A DNA stretch of 64,000 bases from Alphaproteobacteria bacterium. Its GTDB lineage: Bacteria; Pseudomonadota; Alphaproteobacteria; Micavibrionales; UBA2020. The number at the start of each line of letters is the position of its first letter. The first letter of the stretch is position 1. The notes beneath the pieces were generated by a model, which was not told the DNA's origin, did no database searches, and saw only the letters and a program-made list of their open reading frames with translations. The stretch is taken from the NCBI GenBank assembly GCA_016124645.1, contig WGNE01000002.1:23334-87333 (forward strand), read 5' to 3'. A program made the translations under genes and the position numbers. Below are positions 28,306 through 36,525 of the stretch, piece by piece.

Positions 28306-28569
28306 TAACAGGCCCCGCGTCCCACAGAGCGATTACCCCAATTACAATATATTATGAGAAGCATTAACGTTTAATTAACGTAACTTAATAGTGCGTTGCA
28401 GCAATGCGCAGGGATTTCATATACCCTCTGGCAAAGTGCTTTTGAACATCGTATAAAAGTTGCCAGACCAACTTCAAATTTGAACGAAAACTGCATTATG
28501 CAGGGCGAATACCGAATAAACGGCAAGGTGTGGCGTATCAACAGATGTGTATAGCAAAGGTATAAAAAC

Positions 28570-29325
28570 GTGTCTGAGCAGCCAAAAAAATATTACGTGC
28601 GCTTTTCCAAGAAAGAAGACGAAGACAGGATTCTCGATTTTTACAGCCTCAACGCCCACCACAACGTGCGCAAGCGCGAAAGCGAGCTGGTGAAGAAAAT
28701 GGCGGATGACGGGGCCGTCGTCCTTATCGAGGACGATGAAGGCACCATCGTCGCCGCCAGCATCACCTACGGCCACAAGGTGAAGGACAAGGACGGCGTC
28801 GAGCATGTGAAATGGCAGGAGATCGGCTCCACCCGCATCGTGCTGAACGGCTATCCCGGCCTGTTCGACGCGATGGTGACGATGCAGACCCTGCGCGCCT
28901 TCCTCGTCGAACCGCCGGAAGACCGCTTCGTCGCGCAGATGCACACCGCGCCCGTGCAGGGCATGGCGGGCAAACTGGGCTGGCGCCCGTTCGAGGCGCC
29001 CGACGAGCTGATCGAGGCGAAGCTGGGCACCGTCGATCCCAACGATTTGAAGGAAGCCTCGCGCGAGCATTTCTACCACTGCGGCGTCGAGGCGCTGCCG
29101 ATGATGGCCGCGCGCATGATGAAGGCGCTGAACGATCCCGTGCTGGAAAACAAGAAGACCGGCGAGAAGATCGAGCTGGACTTCAGCAAGTCGAATTTCT
29201 TCACCTTGTTCAAGGACGAGATCCGCAAGCTCGCCGCCAAGGATTACGGCGACGTCGAGAATCCCGACATGAAAGCAAGCGTCAAGGAACGCCGCAATCA
29301 GTGGATGAAGAATTTTTTCCGCTAA
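28570..29325 (+). CDS. GNAT-like acyltransferase-fold protein with C-terminal extension (paralog 1)
   Basis: GTG start. YVRFS...GAVVLIEDDEGTIVAASITY...EIGSTRIVLNGYPGLFDAM...GKLGWRPF fits the GNAT beta-strand/motif A layout. About 40% identical by eye to ORF 35784..36515. Confidence 0.55.
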   Translation: MSEQPKKYYVRFSKKEDEDRILDFYSLNAHHNVRKRESELVKKMADDGAVVLIEDDEGTIVAASITYGHKVKDKDGVEHVKWQEIGSTRIVLNGYPGLFDAMVTMQTLRAFLVEPPEDRFVAQMHTAPVQGMAGKLGWRPFEAPDELIEAKLGTVDPNDLKEASREHFYHCGVEALPMMAARMMKALNDPVLENKKTGEKIELDFSKSNFFTLFKDEIRKLAAKDYGDVENPDMKASVKERRNQWMKNFFR

Positions 29326-29360
29326 GGTTTTAACAACGGCAATACGAAGGGGAATATCAT

Positions 29361-30539
29361 ATGTCCGTACTCGAAACGCTCAAAGGCCAGAACAAGGAAT
29401 TTTCCACGTGGCGCCGCCACATCCACCAGCACCCGGAAACGGCCTTCGAGGAGGTGCAGACCTCCGACTACGTCGCCGGGCTGCTGGAAAGCTGGGGCGT
29501 GGAGATTCACCGCGGCATGGCCAAGACCGCCGTGGTCGGCGTCATCAAGGGCAAGGCGGGTAACTCGAACCGCGCCGTCGGCCTGCGCGCCGACCTCGAC
29601 GCGCTGAACATCCTCGAGGAAACCAACGTCGCCCATTGCTCCAAGCATGAAGGCAAGATGCACGCCTGCGGGCATGACGGCCACACGGCCATGCTGCTCG
29701 CCGCCGTCCGCCACCTGGCGGAGACGCGCGACTTCGACGGCACCGTCTATGCCATCTTCCAGCCGGCCGAGGAAGGCGGCGGGGGCGGCGACGTGATGGT
29801 CAAGGAAGGCTTCTTCGACCAGTTCCCCTGCGAAGCCGTTTTCGGCATGCACAACTGGCCCTACCTGCCGGAAGGCACCATGTCCATCTGCGCGGGGCCG
29901 ATGACGGCCTCCACCGATACCTTCGAGGTGAAGGTGCTGGGCAAGGGTGGTCACGCGGCCTTCCCGCATACGACCATTGACGCCATCCTCTGCGCCTCGC
30001 AGATCGTCAGCGCGCTGCAGCACATCGTCAGCCGCACGGTCGATCCGGCGGATGCGGCGGTCATCAGCGTGTGCAAGTTCCAGGCAGGCACCAAGAGCCT
30101 GAACGTCGTGCCCGAGGCGGTGGAGCTGGGCGGCACGGTGCGCACCTTCAAGCCCGAGCTGCGCGCCAAGCTGGAAGCGCAGCTGCGCCACGTCGTCAAA
30201 TCGGTCGCCGACGCCTTCGGCGCGACGGTCGAGGTCACGTGGCACGCGGGCTATCCCTCCGTCGTCAATACGGAGAAGGAAACGGAATTCGCCCGCACGG
30301 TGGCGCAAGAGATCGTCGGCGCGGACAAGGTCGTTCCCTTCACCCCCACGATGGGCGGGGAGGATTTCGCCTATTTCCTGCAGGCCCGCCCCGGCGCCTA
30401 TATCGCCCTCGGGCAGGGCAAGACCGACAAGGCGCCCGGCCTGCACAGTCCCCATTACGATTTCAATGATGATGTCCTGCCGATCGGCGCGGCCTATTGG
30501 GTGCGCCTGGCGGAAACATGGCTGAAAAAGGCAGGCTGA
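29361..30539 (+). CDS. M20 family amidohydrolase (N-acyl-L-amino acid amidohydrolase / hippurate hydrolase type)
   Basis: WRRHIHQHPETAFEE, RADLDAL, HACGHDGH, FQPAEEGGGG and GGEDFAYF motifs. 392 aa. Confidence 0.9.
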   Translation: MSVLETLKGQNKEFSTWRRHIHQHPETAFEEVQTSDYVAGLLESWGVEIHRGMAKTAVVGVIKGKAGNSNRAVGLRADLDALNILEETNVAHCSKHEGKMHACGHDGHTAMLLAAVRHLAETRDFDGTVYAIFQPAEEGGGGGDVMVKEGFFDQFPCEAVFGMHNWPYLPEGTMSICAGPMTASTDTFEVKVLGKGGHAAFPHTTIDAILCASQIVSALQHIVSRTVDPADAAVISVCKFQAGTKSLNVVPEAVELGGTVRTFKPELRAKLEAQLRHVVKSVADAFGATVEVTWHAGYPSVVNTEKETEFARTVAQEIVGADKVVPFTPTMGGEDFAYFLQARPGAYIALGQGKTDKAPGLHSPHYDFNDDVLPIGAAYWVRLAETWLKKAG

Positions 30540-30581
30540 GTTACGGCAGCCGGTTTTCGCTTATAAATCATCAATGAAATC

Positions 30582-30618
30582 AAAGCGCTGGAGCCTTCAA
30601 CCGCTCCGGCGCTTTTTC
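30582..30618 (+). terminator. rho-independent terminator after the amidohydrolase gene
   Basis: Stem GCGCTGGAGC / GCTCCGGCGC (30585-30594 / 30603-30612, one G-U pair), followed by TTTTT. Confidence 0.6.
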
Positions 30619-30700
30619 TTTATAGAAATACTTGATATGTAAATCCTATCCCGCTAAAAAGATGCAGGCATTCAACGCATCGAAAGCAGGAGCAGCATGC

Positions 30701-31204
30701 ATGGCCCGCAAAAAGGACAATGACGCAAACCTCGACCCCATCGCCAAGCTTGAAAGGCGCCGCGCGGCGCTGGAAGAGAAACTCGCGAAAGCCCGCAAGA
30801 AATCCAAGTACGAAATGGGCGAGCTGGGCTTCTGGGGCGTGGTCGGCGGCGTGGCGATCGCGGCGGACTGGGTTTTGCTGGGCGGCATCGGCACCGCCTT
30901 CGCCGTGCTGAGCGGGGCGGAGATTTTCAGCCAGAGCCGCGAGGGCAAGCGCCTGCAAAAGCAGATCACGAAAATCGACGAGCAGCTGGCCGCGATGGAA
31001 CTTGAAAAGATGCGCCTCGAAGCCGCCAAGCCCAAGCCGCCCGCGCCCAAGGCGCCGGAGCCCGGCCTGAAGGACGATTTCTCGCCCGCCGCGCAAAAGG
31101 AAATCGAAGACCTGCGCAAGCGCCTCGCCGAGATGGAAAAGAAGGTCGGGGAGCAGCAGGACCCCACGCTCGACAAACCCAAATTCGGCCCGCCGAAAAA
31201 ATAA
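30701..31204 (+). CDS. hypothetical membrane protein: coiled coil - hydrophobic hairpin - coiled coil
   Basis: I place the start at MARKKD (AGGAG lies 9 nt upstream). One ~40-aa hydrophobic block (LGFWGVVGGVAIAADWVLLGGIGTAFAVLSGAEIF) is flanked by charged helical regions. The protein ends in TLDKPKFGPPKK. Confidence 0.5.
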   Translation: MARKKDNDANLDPIAKLERRRAALEEKLAKARKKSKYEMGELGFWGVVGGVAIAADWVLLGGIGTAFAVLSGAEIFSQSREGKRLQKQITKIDEQLAAMELEKMRLEAAKPKPPAPKAPEPGLKDDFSPAAQKEIEDLRKRLAEMEKKVGEQQDPTLDKPKFGPPKK

Positions 31205-31243
31205 CCGCGCAAAAGCGCATAACAGCAAAGAGGATGTGAAAAA

Positions 31244-31696
31244 ATGGCAAAGCTGACGAAATCATTCAACGAGGCCTACCAGCAGGGAGCGCGCGGCGGC
31301 GGCAAGTTCACCAAGACGCATGAACAGCTTATCGACGCGCTGCAATCCTTCGTGGACGAGCTGAACGCGGACGGCCAGTTCACCGCGAAGCTGGGCGGTT
31401 TCACCGATGAAACGCCGACGCTCAAGATCAAGGAAACGGCCTCGGGCCTCGGCCAGACGTTCTTCATCGGCTACGGCTGGGATGTCTTCGGCGGCAGCCC
31501 CACGCTGCAGCTTTCGACCGGCCTGCAAAGAACCCCCGTCGGCGACAAGAAAGACGGCTATTCCATTCAGGTCGAGAGGGAGCGCGACCAGCTGTTCACC
31601 GAAGTCGGCAAGTCCCTTGCCGCGAAAATCGCGACGCTGAAAACCGGCGCGAAAACCGTGCAGCACATCCGCAACCGCCAGACGCCCGGCGCGTAA
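31244..31696 (+). CDS. hypothetical protein
   Basis: 150-aa ORF, 40 nt downstream of the previous gene and followed by a terminator. No recognisable motif. Confidence 0.5.
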   Translation: MAKLTKSFNEAYQQGARGGGKFTKTHEQLIDALQSFVDELNADGQFTAKLGGFTDETPTLKIKETASGLGQTFFIGYGWDVFGGSPTLQLSTGLQRTPVGDKKDGYSIQVERERDQLFTEVGKSLAAKIATLKTGAKTVQHIRNRQTPGA

Positions 31697-31718
31697 GCGG
31701 AGATTCAAAAGATATCAG

Positions 31719-31750
31719 GCGGAGGGTTTTCACGAACCCTCCGCTTTTTA
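31719..31750 (+). terminator. rho-independent terminator
   Basis: Stem GCGGAGGGTT / AACCCTCCGC (31719-31728 / 31735-31744), followed by TTTTT. The T-run overlaps the stop codon of the convergent ANK gene. Confidence 0.65.
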
Positions 31751-32362
31751 TTTCACGGGTTTCCTGATGCTGATCTTCTTCATCACCGCCACGGGCTTGA
31801 CGGTGGGCAGGCCGGCCTGCAGTTTTCGTTCCAGCGCCTGACGTTTCGCTTCCTTCGCTTCGGCGGCTTCGCGGTCGATGCGGGCGCGTTCTTCGGCCTC
31901 GCGCTTCATCTTGCAGGCGGCGGCGTAGATGTTCAGCTTGTCCGCCAGCCATGAGCGGTTGTTTTCGGTCGCGTAGTCGGCGGCGGTCTTGTTGTCCGGC
32001 GATTTGCGGTCGATGTCCGCGCCGTGGTCGAGCAGCAGGTAGCCCATGTCCTTGTCGCCGAGGTTGGCGGCCCACATCAGCGGGGTCATGCCGTTGCGCG
32101 CGGGGTCGTCGGGCAGGGCGCCCGCCTTCAAAAGGGCTTCGGCCACGCCCTGGTTCTTGCGCAGGACGGCGTGCATCAGCGCGGACGCGCCGTTGCCGTC
32201 CGTCACGCCAAGGTCCGCGCCGCGCGCACAGAGGTCTTTGATCTTCTGCACGTCGGGGGCGGCGCCGGAATTGATGGTTGCGATGACTTCCGCGCCCAGC
32301 TGCTTTGCCAGCGCGGGGTCGATGGCGGCCTTGTTGAAACTGGCGGGCGGTTGTTGCGTCAT
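31748..32362 (-). CDS. ankyrin repeat protein with coiled-coil basic tail
   Basis: Repeats such as GASALMHAVLRKNQGVAEALLKAGALPD and GMTPLMWAANLGDKDMGYLLLDHGADID. The C-terminus is a charged REAEERARIDREAAEAKEAKR helix. Confidence 0.85.
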   Translation of the reverse strand: MTQQPPASFNKAAIDPALAKQLGAEVIATINSGAAPDVQKIKDLCARGADLGVTDGNGASALMHAVLRKNQGVAEALLKAGALPDDPARNGMTPLMWAANLGDKDMGYLLLDHGADIDRKSPDNKTAADYATENNRSWLADKLNIYAAACKMKREAEERARIDREAAEAKEAKRQALERKLQAGLPTVKPVAVMKKISIRKPVK

Positions 32363-32475
32363 CTGTCGTCCGTCGTTCTTGCGTCATCCATGGGTTATCA
32401 CGCCGAAAGGCATGATATTTCAGCTACATCAGCATATCAAAATAACATGATTATGTCAATTATAGCGACGGAACG

Positions 32476-33819
32476 TCAGTTCTTGCGGGCTTTTTTGCGC
32501 GCGGGCCACGGGGCGGGGGCGACGGCGTTTGGCGCGGGGGCGTATTTCAGCCCGTTGCGCTTGCCGATGTGGCGGATGAAGCCCGTCACGCGCGGCGAAA
32601 TCTCGCCCTGCCAGAGCCGCCCGTTGAAGATGCCGTAGTTCCCGGCGCCTTCCTGCAGCAGGTGGTAGTGCATGTTCTTTTTCAGCCCGCCGCACATGAC
32701 GTGGCCCGCCACCGTCTGGCCGGGGGCGGAGATGTCGTCCTTCTCGCCCTCGATGGTGAACATCGCGGTCTTGGTGACGGCCTGCAGATTGACGCGCTGC
32801 CCGCGCCATTCCAGCACGCCGCGCGCCAGCTCGTTGCGGATGAAGATGCGGTCCACGGTGTCGAGGTAGAATTCCGCCGGAATGTCGCAGACGGCAAGGT
32901 ATTCGTCGTAGAACTTCTTCAGCTTGCCCGCCTTTTCGTGCTCGCCGTTGATCATGGTGCGGAACATGTCGAAGTGGGAGGAAACGTGCTTGCGCCGGTT
33001 CATCTCGATGAAGCTGAGCAGCTGCATGAAGCCGGGATAGACGAGGCGGCCGGCGCCCCTGTATTTCAGCGGCACGCTGGCGATGAGGTTTTCGCGGAAC
33101 CAGCCGAGGTGCTTCTGGTCGGCGAAGCTGGTGACCTTGGTTTCCGCCGCCTGCGGGTTGAGCGGCCCGCCCATCAGCGTCATGGAAAGCGGCTGCGCGG
33201 GCGATTTTTCCGCCGCCAGCAGCGCGGTCGCGATCATGACCGGCACGGTCGGCTGGCACACGGCCATGACGTGCAATTTGGGCCCCAGCGCCTCGATGAA
33301 TTCCTTGACGTAGGCGACGTAGTCGTCCAGCCCGAAGGGGCCGGCGGACATGGGCACGTCGCGCGCGTCCAGCCAGTCGGTGATATAGACGTCGTGCGCG
33401 GGCAGCATCTGCGCCACCGTGTCGCGCAGCAGCGTCGCGTGGTGGCCGGACATGGGAGCCACGATGAGCAGCTTCGGGTCGTTGCGCCGCGTTTCGCGCT
33501 TGAAGTGCAGCAGGTGGCAGAAGGGTTTTTCGAGGATCGTTTCCTCCTGCACGGAAACCTTCTTGCCCGCGATCTCCACCTGGTGCAGGCCGAAGGCGGG
33601 CTTGACGTAGGCCTTGGCGAAGCGGTGGGTCATTTCGTGCGTGGCGAAGAGGTAGTCCTTCACCATCGAGGCATAGGGCAGGTTGAAGGTGCAAAGCTCG
33701 GCCATGCTGGCGAGGGTCGAATGCAGGTGAAGCCCGGCCCTTAAGGTCTTGAAGAAGGTATTGAGGCCGTAGCGTTGGGCCTCATGGGCGGGGTAGAGCA
33801 GCGCGTTATGTCTTTTCAT
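32476..33819 (-). CDS. phaZ: intracellular polyhydroxyalkanoate (PHB) depolymerase PhaZ, copy 1
   Basis: 447 aa. LYPAHEAQR..., KPAFGL..., PFCHLLHFKRE, LIVAPMSGHHATLLR, AVCQPTVP and FTIEGEKDDISAPGQT match my memory of the intracellular PhaZ family. Confidence 0.88.
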   Translation of the reverse strand: MKRHNALLYPAHEAQRYGLNTFFKTLRAGLHLHSTLASMAELCTFNLPYASMVKDYLFATHEMTHRFAKAYVKPAFGLHQVEIAGKKVSVQEETILEKPFCHLLHFKRETRRNDPKLLIVAPMSGHHATLLRDTVAQMLPAHDVYITDWLDARDVPMSAGPFGLDDYVAYVKEFIEALGPKLHVMAVCQPTVPVMIATALLAAEKSPAQPLSMTLMGGPLNPQAAETKVTSFADQKHLGWFRENLIASVPLKYRGAGRLVYPGFMQLLSFIEMNRRKHVSSHFDMFRTMINGEHEKAGKLKKFYDEYLAVCDIPAEFYLDTVDRIFIRNELARGVLEWRGQRVNLQAVTKTAMFTIEGEKDDISAPGQTVAGHVMCGGLKKNMHYHLLQEGAGNYGIFNGRLWQGEISPRVTGFIRHIGKRNGLKYAPAPNAVAPAPWPARKKARKN

Positions 33820-33961
33820 GACACTCTTTTTTTTGTCTTGGGCTTCTTTTTGTTTTTCTTATCAGCCTGATAGCGTTACCGGATACAGCCGTGCAGCTAA
33901 TATGCACCCATATGCATATAATTCAAATAGTTATATTTTTTCCGAAATCCAGAGAGGGAGG

Positions 33962-35332
33962 TCAGGCGGCGGGCTTGCGGCGGCGGGGTTTCTTGTCCGG
34001 CGCGGCGGGCGGCGCATAGGCCTCGGGCGCGATCGCGTTGTTGGGGGCGGTATAGGCGAGGCCGCGGCGCTTGCCGGTCTCGCGGATGAAGCCGGTGATG
34101 CGCGGCGCGATTTCCTCGCGCCAGTGATGGCCGTTGAAGATGCCGTAATGCCCGGCATCCGGCTGCAGGTAGTGGAAGCGGCTGCCCGCCGCGATGTTCT
34201 TGCACATGCCCCGCACGGCCAGCGTCTGGCCGGGGGCGGAGATATCGTCCTTCTCGCCCTCGACGGTGAAAAGCGCGGTCTGGCGTATGGCGGCGGGATC
34301 GACCTTGTCGCCGTGGTGCGTCAGCAGCCCGCGCGGCAATTCGTGGTCGATGAAGACCTTCTTGACGGTCTCGAGGTAGAACTTGGCGGGCAGGTCGCAG
34401 ACGGCGAGGTATTCGTCGTAGAAATCCTTAATTTTCTCAGCCTTTTCGCGGTTGCCCTTCATCAGGGAATTGAACATGTCGATATGCGATTGCGCGTGCT
34501 TTTCGGGGTTCATCGACATGAAGCTGAAAAGCTGCACAAAGCCGGGATAGACGAGGCGGCCGCGCCCTTCGTATTTCTCCGGCACCTTGCCGATGAGGTT
34601 TTCCTCGAACCAGTCAATATCCTTGCTTTCCGCGAGCTTGGTGACTTCCGTTGAAGCGGCGCGCGTATCCAGCGGCCCGCCCATCAGCGTCATGGAAAGG
34701 GGCTGGCAGTCGGATTTCTCTTCCGCGAGGCGGGAGACGGCGGCCAGCACCGGCACGGTCGGCTGGCACACGGCCATGACATGGGTTTCGGGCCCGACGG
34801 CCTTGATGAATTCCTTCACATAGTCGATGTAATCGTCTAATCCGAAATCACCTTTTTCCATCGAGACGTCGCGCGCGTCCTTCCAGTCTGTGATATAGAC
34901 GTCGTGATCGGGCAGCAGGGCGGCGACGGTGTCGCGCAGCAGCGTCGCGTGGTGGCCCGACATGGGCGCGACCAGCAGCACCTTGGGATCGTTGCGATCC
35001 GTCTCGCGTTTGAAATGAACAAGCTTGCCGAAATCTTTGTCTTTAATCGTTTCTTCGGTCACGCGGACGGTCTTTCCGCCGGTCTCCGTCGTGTCCAGCC
35101 CGAAGGCGGGCTTGGTGTATTCCTTGGCGAAGCGCTCGGTCATTTCCTCGGCGGCGGTCAGGAAGTTCTTGGTCAGCTCGGCATAGGGCTTGGGCGCAAA
35201 ACCGTACATCTCCGCCATGCTCACCACGGCGGTCTGGAAATTCAGCCCGGCGGCGAGGGCGTTGAAATAGGTCTTGATGCCTGAACGCTGCGCCTCGTGC
35301 GCGGGGTAGAGAATGGGGTTATGTTTTGTCAT
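33962..35332 (-). CDS. phaZ: intracellular polyhydroxyalkanoate (PHB) depolymerase PhaZ, copy 2
   Basis: 456 aa, collinear with copy 1 over its whole length (LYPAHEAQR, LLVAPMSGHHATLLR, AVCQPTVP, FTVEGEKDDISAPGQT). Confidence 0.88.
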   Translation of the reverse strand: MTKHNPILYPAHEAQRSGIKTYFNALAAGLNFQTAVVSMAEMYGFAPKPYAELTKNFLTAAEEMTERFAKEYTKPAFGLDTTETGGKTVRVTEETIKDKDFGKLVHFKRETDRNDPKVLLVAPMSGHHATLLRDTVAALLPDHDVYITDWKDARDVSMEKGDFGLDDYIDYVKEFIKAVGPETHVMAVCQPTVPVLAAVSRLAEEKSDCQPLSMTLMGGPLDTRAASTEVTKLAESKDIDWFEENLIGKVPEKYEGRGRLVYPGFVQLFSFMSMNPEKHAQSHIDMFNSLMKGNREKAEKIKDFYDEYLAVCDLPAKFYLETVKKVFIDHELPRGLLTHHGDKVDPAAIRQTALFTVEGEKDDISAPGQTLAVRGMCKNIAAGSRFHYLQPDAGHYGIFNGHHWREEIAPRITGFIRETGKRRGLAYTAPNNAIAPEAYAPPAAPDKKPRRRKPAA

Positions 35333-35397
35333 GCAAGAATTAACATATCATGACGAATGGAGCCTGTCCATCGCGAACGGCTTGCAGGGGCGGGCGG

Positions 35398-35673
35398 TCA
35401 GATCTTGCCCAGCAGCCAGCCCAGAATCTTGGGCCGCACGCCCGGCTGGGGCAGGTTCTTGCGCTGGGTCCAGCGTTCCACGGCCCCGGCGGTCAGGCCG
35501 AACATGTCCCTGAACGCCTGTTCTTCGATGCCGAAAGCGCTTTGCGCGGTATAGACGGCGTCGGCGAAATCGGCCTCGTCCACCGATTGCTGCGCCGCAA
35601 GATGCTCCAGCCGTTTGCGATAAGCCGCGCGGACGAGGGATTTTACATTATTTTCAGGGGTTTCTTGCGACAT
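35398..35673 (-). CDS. small putative helix-turn-helix protein
   Basis: I place the start at MSQETPE (91 aa). FRDMFGLTAGAVERWTQRKNLP resembles an XRE-type HTH. Divergent from GNAT-like paralog 2. Confidence 0.45.
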   Translation of the reverse strand: MSQETPENNVKSLVRAAYRKRLEHLAAQQSVDEADFADAVYTAQSAFGIEEQAFRDMFGLTAGAVERWTQRKNLPQPGVRPKILGWLLGKI

Positions 35674-35783
35674 GGCACTGGATTTGACTGTTGCGTCTGT
35701 TACACTTTCTAAAAAGCAGAATTCAAAAAAACAGTAGCGGTACTGAGGTGTGAGAGCAAGGTTCATATCACCGGGGTTTTTGA

Positions 35784-36515
35784 ATGGCCAAGAAATTATA
35801 CGTCCGCTTCTCCACCGCGCAGGACGAGCAGAAAATCTTCGATTATTACACGGAGAACGAGCACGAGTTCGTCGCCAAGCGCGACCCCGAGATCTGGAAG
35901 GAGCGCATCTCCTCCGGCGCGGTCACGCTCATCGAGGACGAGCAGGGCAAGATCGTCGCCTCCAGCATTTCCTATCCGCTGATGACCAAGGACGCGGACG
36001 GCAACGACGCGCATACATGGTCCGAGATCGGCTCCGTGCGCGTGACGCTGGACGGCATCGGGCTGTTCAAGACGCTGATGGCCGCGCATGTCATGCGCTC
36101 CTACATGCTGGAACCGCCCGACGACCGCTTCGCCATCGAAATCGTCATCGGCAACGAGCATTCCAAGCACGTCTTCCTGAAGGAAGGCGCGACCCCGTGG
36201 CAGATTCCCGACGAGCTGCGCAAGCTGGTCGAGGACACCATGTCGCCCGATGACGACACGGGCGCGGTCGAATGGTTCCAGCTCGGCGTGGAGGCCATGC
36301 CGCATTTCGCCCAGCAGCTTTTGAAGCAGGAGGCCAACCCCAAGCTCGTCAACAAGAAGACCGGCGAGGAATACGAGCTGGACTTCAGCAAATGCGTGCT
36401 CACCACCACGCTGCGCGACCAGCTTGAAAAACTGTCCGGCCTCGACTTCGGCGACAAGGCCAAGCCGCAGATGAAGCACGGGCTGAAGAAATTCCGGGAC
36501 AAGTTCAACCCGTAA
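35784..36515 (+). CDS. GNAT-like acyltransferase-fold protein with C-terminal extension (paralog 2)
   Basis: YVRFS...GAVTLIEDEQGKIVASSISY...EIGSVRVTLDGIGLFKTLM...NEHSKHVFLKEGATPW. Collinear with ORF 28570..29325, including the C-terminal NKKTGEE-x-ELDFSK block. Confidence 0.55.
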   Translation: MAKKLYVRFSTAQDEQKIFDYYTENEHEFVAKRDPEIWKERISSGAVTLIEDEQGKIVASSISYPLMTKDADGNDAHTWSEIGSVRVTLDGIGLFKTLMAAHVMRSYMLEPPDDRFAIEIVIGNEHSKHVFLKEGATPWQIPDELRKLVEDTMSPDDDTGAVEWFQLGVEAMPHFAQQLLKQEANPKLVNKKTGEEYELDFSKCVLTTTLRDQLEKLSGLDFGDKAKPQMKHGLKKFRDKFNP

Positions 36516-36525
36516 CAAGGAAGAG

